From: Candidatus Iainarchaeum sp.
GTDB taxonomy: Archaea > Iainarchaeota > Iainarchaeia > Iainarchaeales > VGJJ01
Direction of reading: 5' to 3'
Assembly (NCBI GenBank): GCA_030688545.1
Contig: JAUYHT010000002.1
Location: forward strand, 270,001 to 302,000
DNA: 32,000 nucleotides
The notes under the pieces: model-generated
The model's input: only the letters and a program-made list of their open reading frames with translations
Databases searched by the model: none
Told to the model about the DNA's origin: nothing
Shown: one piece after another, positions 25,257 to 32,000 of the stretch
Numbering within the stretch: position 1 is the stretch's first letter
Layout of the letters: each line of letters starts with the position of its first letter
Translations under genes and position numbers: made by a program

Positions 25257-25658
25257 ATGAAGACAGCCGCCATACTCATTATCCTTGCCGGGGCCATTTT
25301 GCTCTTGCTATCCGCCTTCCACCCAGGAGTCATCGTGGGATGGTTTACTGAACCCTTGCGATTGCTCACCAATTCCGCGCAATCCTTCGATTACATCACG
25401 CGCCTCATCGTGTTACTATTCGCCCTCGCCGTGGCCATTATCGGCACCCTCGCTTATCAGCGCCAACCCCAATCCCGAATTGGGTTGGTGGCGCTGGCCT
25501 TCGGATTGCTCGCTTTCAAATGGTTGCTCAAGGTCATGGACCTCTTCGTGAGCGACGGACAGTTTTTCCCCGATCACGCGGAAAACGTCATTGAACTGGT
25601 GAGTTTGGCGCTCATCGCCTACGCCCTCTTCGGGAGACACTCCTCCAAAAAGGGATGA
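25257..25658 (+). CDS. Small integral membrane protein (about 4 TM)
   Basis: Four hydrophobic segments. Divergent from the acylase gene and 9 nt upstream of a wHTH regulator gene. Confidence 0.6.
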   Translation: MKTAAILIILAGAILLLLSAFHPGVIVGWFTEPLRLLTNSAQSFDYITRLIVLLFALAVAIIGTLAYQRQPQSRIGLVALAFGLLAFKWLLKVMDLFVSDGQFFPDHAENVIELVSLALIAYALFGRHSSKKG

Positions 25659-25667
25659 TGCCCCCAC

Positions 25668-26267
25668 ATGGCCGACGACGCGACATTCCATAAAGCGCTG
25701 CAGCTGGAGGTGCGGAATAGGATCTACACCATCATCGATTCATCCCCCGGCCTGCATTTCAGAGAGATCCAGCGCCGCGCCAACCTGGCGGTGGGAAGCC
25801 TCCAATACCACTTGGATTATCTCCAAAAATACCACATCATCCGGACGCAAAAGGAAGGAAAGTTCGTCCGCTACTACGCGGTACGCAACACCGGCATGGG
25901 AGAAGGGGACGCGGGGAAGAAGACCATGGCTTTTCTCCGCCACGCCTCGACGCGGAAGATATTGCTGTTTCTGTTGCAAGAAAAACGCGCCAACAATGAA
26001 ACGATTGCGACGCACATCGCTTTATCTCCGTCCACTACATCCTGGCACCTCGACAAATTGGTCAAGGAAAACGTTCTTTCCCGCGTCCGGGATGGAAGAA
26101 AAACCTTTTTCGCTATTGTGGACCCAATATTGGCCCAACGACTCGTGGTTGATTACCAAAAAAGTTTCCTGGATGACGCGGTAGACAACTTCGTGGAGAT
26201 GATTGTCACCCTCTCCCCTCCTGATGACACGCCTAGCCCGACGTCAACGGAACACCCGATAGAATAA
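25668..26267 (+). CDS. Transcriptional regulator with two ArsR-like winged-helix domains
   Basis: Two wHTH-like units: HFREIQRRANLAVGSLQYHLDYLQKYHIIRTQKEGKFVRYY and NETIATHIALSPSTTSWHLDKLVKENVLSRVRDGRKTFFAI. Confidence 0.7.
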   Translation: MADDATFHKALQLEVRNRIYTIIDSSPGLHFREIQRRANLAVGSLQYHLDYLQKYHIIRTQKEGKFVRYYAVRNTGMGEGDAGKKTMAFLRHASTRKILLFLLQEKRANNETIATHIALSPSTTSWHLDKLVKENVLSRVRDGRKTFFAIVDPILAQRLVVDYQKSFLDDAVDNFVEMIVTLSPPDDTPSPTSTEHPIE

Positions 26268-26697
26268 GCGTATCCCCAATCCTCATCCCCGCTTCCTCTG
26301 CCGCCCCAGCATTGACCTCGAGCACATACAATGCCTTACCCCGGGGGGTATACACTGTACATGGGTATCGCTCGCAGGGAATAGCGGTTTGAATATCCAT
26401 GATGATTCCATCCCGGGAGATCCAAATCATGTCCAAAGGAATGAGAGTGTTTTTCATCCAGAAGGTATACCTTTCTTCCAGGGGAAAAATAAAGAGCATC
26501 CCCTTATCAGCTCCTAAATGGGTGCGGAACATCAAACCCTGCTCGCGCAACTCGGGGGTGTCGACAATAGCCACGGAAAAACACCGCGTTTCCGTGCACA
26601 CTGAGGGAATGGGGGAGGGATTGGGGGAAAGGACATCCACGCATCCCACGAGGAACAGGATTGTAACCAATGCAAACACTATTTTGAATCGACCCAT
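26233..26697 (-). CDS. DUF192-family protein with signal/lipobox-like N-terminus
   Basis: GLMFRTHLGADKGMLFIF...FWMKNTLIPLDMIWI...YVLEVNAG fits the DUF192 pattern. N-terminus FALVTILFLVGC. ATG 26697 sits 1 nt after the upstream gene's stop. Confidence 0.7.
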   Translation of the reverse strand: MGRFKIVFALVTILFLVGCVDVLSPNPSPIPSVCTETRCFSVAIVDTPELREQGLMFRTHLGADKGMLFIFPLEERYTFWMKNTLIPLDMIWISRDGIIMDIQTAIPCERYPCTVYTPRGKALYVLEVNAGAAEEAGMRIGDTLILSGVPLTSG

Positions 26698-26698
26698 C

Positions 26699-27892
26699 TC
26701 ACCGCCCCGCCACGATTTCAATTACATCCCGATTACTAAGGAGGTGGTCCTTGCCTAACAACATTTTGGTCTTCACATCGATGGCCTTAATGAAGTTTTT
26801 CCCGAAATCCGTGTGGAGACGGAATGCGAAATCCAGGGTGGTTGAATGGGGGGGCATGAGGAAGCAATCCGGGATGATATTCCCATCCTTGTCCGCCAAC
26901 CCCTTGGTTCCACCCGGGAAAATGGCCATATAGCCTAACGCAGAAAAAACGGTTTCATCCAGGACGCGCTGGACTCCCGTGCCATTCAAGGGAATTAATA
27001 CTTTTTCGTGGATATACTGCAAGGCCTGCTCCTGCGCGGGATTCAACTCCTTGTTTTTTAGGAAATCAGGTGAACCGGGAATATAGGAGATGAGATTGTT
27101 TTTGTCGGCCTTCCTCAATGTAAGATCCGCCTCAGCTGAGCAGGGGATAATGAGGAGGTGCGGGAAGGTTTTTTTCAGACGTTCAACGTTTCCCGCAGTA
27201 TAAGGAAGATCCATCTTGTTGGCGGCGATGACGATGGGCTTGGAAATGAGCCGAGACTCATTCACAAACCTTCGCTTGTCCTCCTCATTCCACTCGCTGA
27301 GCTTTTTTTCGCCCAGCTTTGTCTTGTTTAGTGCTACATCCACGTGATGATTTGTGACACCCAACCCCGACAAACCTTTGGCCACCGCATCAATGACTTG
27401 TTGTTTAGTAGTAAGAGGTTGGCGGGCAAACTTAGCCCAATTTTTCTCCAAAATGCCCATCATCCAGAGCTCAATCTCCTCCTCCAAAAATAATATGTCC
27501 TGGCACGGATCATGCGAACCAGGTTCCACCGCCTCGCCTTTTTCATTCGTGCTCCCGCTCGCGTCCACCACATGAATGAGCACATCCGCTTGTCGCAAAT
27601 CATCCAGGAACTTATTTCCCAAACCTTTTCCCTCATGCGCCCCCGGGACCAAACCAGCTACATCCAACAATTCCACGGGGATGAAGCGGATGTGGTTGAT
27701 GCAAAAACCGGTGCGGGGATTACATTGGGTATTGAAATCCACATCCACGCATGCCACGCGTACAAATCCCATGCCCCTATTTGGATTAATAGTGGTGAAT
27801 GGATATGCGGCCCGCGCTACGTCAACTAAAGTGGCGGCCGCGAAATACGTGCTCTTTCCCGATGAGGGTTTTCCCACAATTCCTATGAGCAT
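26699..27892 (-). CDS. Obg-family GTPase with C-terminal TGS domain (archaeal YchF/Drg-like)
   Basis: G1 GKPSSGKS, G3 DVAGL, G4 NKMD. PFTTINPNRG and a conserved LVPGAHEGKGLGNKFLDDLR segment. Confidence 0.85.
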   Translation of the reverse strand: MLIGIVGKPSSGKSTYFAAATLVDVARAAYPFTTINPNRGMGFVRVACVDVDFNTQCNPRTGFCINHIRFIPVELLDVAGLVPGAHEGKGLGNKFLDDLRQADVLIHVVDASGSTNEKGEAVEPGSHDPCQDILFLEEEIELWMMGILEKNWAKFARQPLTTKQQVIDAVAKGLSGLGVTNHHVDVALNKTKLGEKKLSEWNEEDKRRFVNESRLISKPIVIAANKMDLPYTAGNVERLKKTFPHLLIIPCSAEADLTLRKADKNNLISYIPGSPDFLKNKELNPAQEQALQYIHEKVLIPLNGTGVQRVLDETVFSALGYMAIFPGGTKGLADKDGNIIPDCFLMPPHSTTLDFAFRLHTDFGKNFIKAIDVKTKMLLGKDHLLSNRDVIEIVAGR

Positions 27893-27919
27893 CCGCTAGT
27901 CCTCTCAATAAATCGTAAC

Positions 27920-28561
27920 TCACACCAAACGCACGCGGTTGAATTCCTTCACCATCTCATCCGTGTGCGTGGGGGAGAGGCATTGCTCCAATATTTCCGG
28001 TTTCACCGTGACATGGCAGCCCAGGGCAAACGCCCGCGCCACGTCCTTGGGAGTGCGCAGGGAGGAGGCCAGGACATGGGAATCCAGTTCGTGCGCCATG
28101 AAGGCATCCTGCATATCCTCAATTTCGGACCAAGGATCCAATTCCACATCCTGCATCCGACCCACATAGGGGGCGACATAGTGGCCGCCCGCGAAGGCCG
28201 CGAGAATCCCTTGCGCGGCTGAAAAGACGGCGGTGAAACATATCTCCACTTTGTCATGGTTGAGCGTGGGGGCAATGGAGAAACCGCTCTTGTCGGCTGG
28301 GATGTTGATGACCGCCTTAGGAAGCATTTCGTGAATGGTGCGCACATCTTCCAGCAATTCATCCGGGGTCTCCCCTGATGCTTGGACCATGAGGAGCTGC
28401 CCTTTTCCAAGCAATATATAGAGGGATTTGAGGTGATCGAACCTATTTTTGGGTTTGACTTTGGCCATGAGGAAAGGGTTGGTGGTTATTCCCTTCACGA
28501 AGGGTTGCTTCACCCATTTCTCCACCTCATTGATGTTAGCCGAATCCACGAAGATGGTCAT
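27920..28561 (-). CDS. Transaldolase / fructose-6-phosphate aldolase family protein (subfamily 3B size) with the Schiff-base Lys replaced
   Basis: MTIFVDSANI, GITTNP, FSAAQGILAAFAGGHYVAPYVGR align to Fsa/Tal. The family segment VVK[VI]P reads VINIP here (Asn codon at 28303-28305). Confidence 0.8.
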   Translation of the reverse strand: MTIFVDSANINEVEKWVKQPFVKGITTNPFLMAKVKPKNRFDHLKSLYILLGKGQLLMVQASGETPDELLEDVRTIHEMLPKAVINIPADKSGFSIAPTLNHDKVEICFTAVFSAAQGILAAFAGGHYVAPYVGRMQDVELDPWSEIEDMQDAFMAHELDSHVLASSLRTPKDVARAFALGCHVTVKPEILEQCLSPTHTDEMVKEFNRVRLV

Positions 28562-28584
28562 ACCAGGAAAGGGGAGGGCAGATC

Positions 28585-28591
28585 TTTAAAA
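28585..28591. promoter_or_regulatory. Single palindromic TATA-like box shared by two divergent genes
   Basis: TTTAAAA lies 27 nt from the ATG at 28561 (minus strand) and 25 nt from the ATG at 28613 (plus strand). The whole intergenic region is only 51 nt. Confidence 0.35.
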
Positions 28592-28612
28592 TGGGGCTGG
28601 CCGTCTTACTAT

Positions 28613-29203
28613 ATGCGGATTGGGGTGGATATCGATGGGGTACTGGCCGAATTCTATGGGCCACTCCTTGAATATTATAATGCCCACCACCGCACGGCTT
28701 ATAGGGAAGCCGATGTGAATCATTTCGAGCTTTCTCGGTTGTGGGGCTGTTCAACGGAAGAAGCGGTGGCGGAATTCAATGCGTTCTTCCAAACCGAGCA
28801 TTTTCGGCGCCTCCCACCCGTAAAAGGAGCCATCACCGCCCTATCCACTTTAGCCCGGGACAACGACCTCTACATCATCACCGCGCGCCCATCCCATGTG
28901 AAAACAGTGACGGAAGATTGGCTCGCCCATCATTTTGGGGACATCATGAGCGATTGTGTTTTCACCAACCACTTTGATCCCGCGCGCCGATTGTCAAAGA
29001 TGCATATTTGCAGGGAAAAGGGAATCCACTGGATGATCGAGGACAGTCTCGATTTCGCCATCGAATGTGCGGAAAACAGAATCGATGTGCTACTCCTCAA
29101 CCGGCCTTGGAACCAAACCAAGACCCTCCATCCCCGCATCCACCGCGTCCACGGGTGGGAAGAAATTCTCACGCGCCTGGTTCCCGCTCCCCCGCTACGC
29201 TAA
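28613..29203 (+). CDS. HAD-superfamily 5'(3')-deoxyribonucleotidase-like phosphatase
   Basis: Motif I IGVDIDGVLA, IITARP, IEDS. The tracked start at 28382 would overlap the divergent transaldolase-like gene, so ATG 28613 is preferred. Confidence 0.75.
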   Translation: MRIGVDIDGVLAEFYGPLLEYYNAHHRTAYREADVNHFELSRLWGCSTEEAVAEFNAFFQTEHFRRLPPVKGAITALSTLARDNDLYIITARPSHVKTVTEDWLAHHFGDIMSDCVFTNHFDPARRLSKMHICREKGIHWMIEDSLDFAIECAENRIDVLLLNRPWNQTKTLHPRIHRVHGWEEILTRLVPAPPLR

Positions 29204-29222
29204 AACTCAATACCCTTACGAG

Positions 29223-29240
29223 CGCCGATTTCGATCGGCG
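29223..29240. terminator. 7-bp hairpin with a 4-nt TTCG loop between convergent genes
   Basis: CGCCGAT-TTCG-ATCGGCG, located between the stop at 29203 (plus strand) and the stop at 29285 (minus strand). Confidence 0.3.
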
Positions 29241-29284
29241 GAAACGAAATAGGGGGAATTGCTCCGCAACCCCCCCAGCAACAA

Positions 29285-29881
29285 TCAAAACTCAATACCC
29301 TTGCGGGCATATATTTTTTTCATGTAGGGATGGCGATGCAATTCCATGCGGGTCACATAATCCGCCACCCCGATTACTTCAGCGGGGGCGTTGCGTCCCG
29401 TGAGTACAATTTCGGTGTGGGGGGGTTTGGCCGCGAGCATCTCCAATACGGTACTCACGGACAACAATTTCATGTTGAGGGCCACATTCAATTCATCGAA
29501 AATCACCAAATCATATTTCCCCGAGTCCACGGCTTCCTTTCCTTTGAGAAACGCCTTCTCGGCCATGGGAGCATCATATTGAGTAGGGACGAAGCAATCC
29601 CGGCAATATCCAGAGAAAACCCCGGCCGCGATATCCGCATCATGGGAGGCCTGGTTCTTGCAGGTCACATTGAAACTCTCGAGCGACATGGGCAACCCAA
29701 ACCGGCGCAGGGCCAAAGCTTCTCCCGTGTAACCAATTTTGAGGAATTGGACCATGTAGACTTTCATGCCATAGCCCATGGCCCGGAAAGCCAACCCAAG
29801 GGACGCCGTGGTTTTGCCCTTTCCGTCGCCGGTATACACATGCACCATCCCGCGTTCCAAAAAAGGCTTATCTGCACCCAT
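29285..29881 (-). CDS. cobA: ATP:cob(I)alamin adenosyltransferase, CobA/CobO/BtuR type
   Basis: VYTGDGKGKTTASLGLAFRAMGYGMKVYMVQFLK P-loop signature, DLVIFDELN, TGRNAP. Confidence 0.88.
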   Translation of the reverse strand: MGADKPFLERGMVHVYTGDGKGKTTASLGLAFRAMGYGMKVYMVQFLKIGYTGEALALRRFGLPMSLESFNVTCKNQASHDADIAAGVFSGYCRDCFVPTQYDAPMAEKAFLKGKEAVDSGKYDLVIFDELNVALNMKLLSVSTVLEMLAAKPPHTEIVLTGRNAPAEVIGVADYVTRMELHRHPYMKKIYARKGIEF

Positions 29882-30108
29882 ATTACAACCGACCGCCAGA
29901 ATACCGAGGGAAGAATCCTATTTAACGCCCACGGGTGCCATTCCGCCGAATAGGAATAGAGGCCTTCTATTCATGGGGAATGCGGACAGGCCGGTCGATG
30001 AAGAAATAGGGGTTGGCGATAACGTGGGGAATTAGGGGAGAATGGAAATTAGAGGGAATGGAGGAGAAAATGGAAGTCCAACCAAAATCCAAAAGGGAGA
30101 GGTCTTAC

Positions 30109-32000
30109 TCACGGCTGAAGGTTGGGAATCCCCACCCAGTACCGCTCCCCATCATTAGCACAGTAATCGGGGGAGGAGGGGCATTTCACACTCGTGGGGG
30201 CGCCGCAATTGGTGGGAGAATATCTATATTGGACGCTCCGGTCGAGCGGGTCACCCGTATTGGGGGTTGTTTGCGTGGGGGGAAGATGAATCTGCGTTCC
30301 CACGGGATAAGGAATACCTAATTGCAAATAGGCCCCCACTTGGGGAGAATTTGAATATAGGGGGCACAATCCCAAAACATTCTGTGAATTGGGAATATTT
30401 CCGGCGCGCTCTTGTAAGGTATAGGTGCCCCCGCGCCCCAGGGGGTTGCCGGTGGCTACACAGGCATTTCCAACGAGCGTGGATGAATTGGTGCCCATTC
30501 CATAGGCCGCGTGCTCCTCTTTCACCAAATCGATGAGTTTGTCGCGGTTCCAGAAAATGGTGGTTGAATCCCCCTCAGATGAGATACATGTCCAATCCTG
30601 CGCGAGCAGGGCAAGCATGCCCTGGAAGCTCTGGGCCTTGGCCCATTCGGACTCCAATACTGCGTCCCCGGCATCCAACGCCCCGGTGGATTGGCCCTGA
30701 TTCTGGAGAACAGTATTCATGGTGAGGATGCTCCCAATCTCGCGGGAGGGATTATCATTCAACCCCAGCACAATGGAATAATCCTTCCCGGCGGGCCGAT
30801 AAAAAGCGCCCGCGAGGAAGGACTCATTGGAGATTCCTGAAGGCGAGGTGAAACCAAATAATTGAGTGGCGTTCAAGGGGGCGCGATATCCTGTAACGGT
30901 GGATGGAGGATTATAATCCCCCACAATGGAGGAAGCAAACGGATTTCCACCCCCATCCACGCACAATGCGCACGCGGAGGACGAACACCCATACGCCGGC
31001 TGCTTGATCAGGGACGCGATGGGCTTCCAGGCGGACAACGGATTTGTCCCTTGATTGGGATGAGAAATATAGGCCGATGTTCCCGTTGAAAAATCAGTCT
31101 CCTGGATCCCATAAAACACACTTCCTTGACCGAAGGGATTGGAGCCCCAGTCCAGGATGACGGGGGCGGGAAGGGTGGGCGCCAGGTAAAGGGTATTGGT
31201 TGTATTATCGATGCGCGCCAATTCCCCCGGCGCAGTGGCATTGGTGGCCACGAAATCAGTGGCCACGCGCACCTCGAATGTTTTCAATGCGGTTGTTCCG
31301 GGCGATGAGGGATAGGTGCGAAGGGGGTAAGAGGAGGTGCCCACTAAATCGACGACGCCCCCTGAAAAGGTGGTACCATACCCCTCGCGGTGAAACAGCT
31401 GCGTGGACTCATCCCACCCGATTAATCCATCAAGGGGCATGGCATACAAGGGCGAATCCACGCTCATCCCGGAGGAGGCGGCTAATAGGTCCAGATAAAT
31501 GGTAATGCGGGCCGCGGGAGTATTAGCGATGAAAAAAGTGCCCACATCCGAATCCCATTGGATATCCATACGAACGCGGTACAACCCAGAGGTGGGAAGA
31601 ACATTCACGTTAGGATCACCATTTACCACGATGGCCATCCTGTCATTGGAGGGATTCACATAGTCCTTCCACGCCCCCGCTCCTAGCAAGGCATTCTTGA
31701 ACCACGAGGGGGCGTCCGCGAAACTGCTGTTGGCATAGTAGTCGACGAAATCCTGACGAAGATCCGAAGGAAAGGCATCCTCCATAAGATAAGCATCGAA
31801 ATTCATCCAGAAAGGGATCTGCGCCACCTGCTGGGAGTTCGCGGTGGGGGCATACGCATTTTCCACCTCATGGAGTTTCTTCACGGCGGACAAAAGGAAC
31901 TGCGATCCGTCGCAGAAAATACCATTGGATGTTGACACATCAGATGCCCGGTCGCACGCGCGGATATCCACATCATTCCAATCCCAATCCAACAGGATGC
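30109..32000 (-). CDS. Large secreted/surface protein of unknown function, N-terminus beyond the window
   Basis: Frame open to base 32000, giving more than 627 aa. It is Gly/Ser/Thr/Asn-rich with scattered Cys pairs, has no TM segment in the visible part, and shows no recognisable catalytic motif. Confidence 0.6.
   Translation of the reverse strand, partial: ILLDWDWNDVDIRACDRASDVSTSNGIFCDGSQFLLSAVKKLHEVENAYAPTANSQQVAQIPFWMNFDAYLMEDAFPSDLRQDFVDYYANSSFADAPSWFKNALLGAGAWKDYVNPSNDRMAIVVNGDPNVNVLPTSGLYRVRMDIQWDSDVGTFFIANTPAARITIYLDLLAASSGMSVDSPLYAMPLDGLIGWDESTQLFHREGYGTTFSGGVVDLVGTSSYPLRTYPSSPGTTALKTFEVRVATDFVATNATAPGELARIDNTTNTLYLAPTLPAPVILDWGSNPFGQGSVFYGIQETDFSTGTSAYISHPNQGTNPLSAWKPIASLIKQPAYGCSSSACALCVDGGGNPFASSIVGDYNPPSTVTGYRAPLNATQLFGFTSPSGISNESFLAGAFYRPAGKDYSIVLGLNDNPSREIGSILTMNTVLQNQGQSTGALDAGDAVLESEWAKAQSFQGMLALLAQDWTCISSEGDSTTIFWNRDKLIDLVKEEHAAYGMGTNSSTLVGNACVATGNPLGRGGTYTLQERAGNIPNSQNVLGLCPLYSNSPQVGAYLQLGIPYPVGTQIHLPPTQTTPNTGDPLDRSVQYRYSPTNCGAPTSVKCPSSPDYCANDGERYWVGIPNLQP

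Noticed and set aside
28382-28612. Upstream extension of the HAD nucleotidase ORF
   Set aside because: It runs antisense through the first 180 nt of the transaldolase-like gene and has no HAD features. HAD motif I follows immediately after the internal ATG at 28613.
29330-29953. Long antisense ORFs opposite real genes. Examples: 29330-29953, 24127-24861, 19125-19682, 10505-10894, 8275-8757, 6272-6667, 1047-1973 and 3095-3634.
   Set aside because: All lie opposite, or out of frame with, genes that have strong family motifs. Their translations are Arg/Pro/Gly/Ser-biased shadow-frame products without motifs.
30020-30080. Purine-rich quasi-repeats (GGGGAATTAGGGGAGAATGGAAATTAGAGGGAATGGAGGAGAAAATGGAAG) that superficially resemble a short repeat array
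   Set aside because: The units are irregular and low-complexity with no spacer structure. On the transcribed minus strand the tract is pyrimidine/T-rich directly after the stop at 30109, which fits an ordinary archaeal termination region.

Overview
Archaeal chromosomal segment with about 33 protein genes on both strands. The archaeal assignment rests on an archaeal/eukaryal-type AspRS, EppA-type class III (type IV pilin-like) signal peptides, TATA-like boxes about 25 nt upstream of many start codons (leaderless-style), and an intein in the ribonucleotide reductase. I could not recognise any rRNA, tRNA, CRISPR array or transposase. Housekeeping content: class II B12-dependent RNR (nrdJ), a CobA-type corrinoid adenosyltransferase, AspRS, AsnRS, an RsmF/NOP2/Sun m5C methyltransferase, an EndoIII-like glycosylase, Nudix and HAD hydrolases, an Obg-family GTPase and a transaldolase-like protein. 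Accessory content: a Fic protein, an ABC-2 exporter operon, vapBC and relBE toxin-antitoxin pairs, and several lower-GC islets. Four items look most worth follow-up. (1) 20572-25041: three consecutive genes with near-identical class III signal peptides, one fused to a complete penicillin-acylase-family Ntn hydrolase. (2) 5417-8884: a four-gene signalling operon made of an output-less Cache-HAMP sensor, a CheY-like receiver, a P-loop-less KaiC/RecA-like protein, and a sensor-less HAMP histidine kinase with an unassigned C-terminal domain. (3) 3649-4410: a membrane-anchored extracellular Hint (intein-like) autoprocessing domain lacking the C-terminal splicing residues. (4) Two catalytic-residue oddities: the RNR intein ends in Thr-Gln instead of His-Asn, and the transaldolase-like protein has Asn in place of the Schiff-base Lys. 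All family assignments come from motif reading of the translations. No database search was run, so novelty cannot be asserted.
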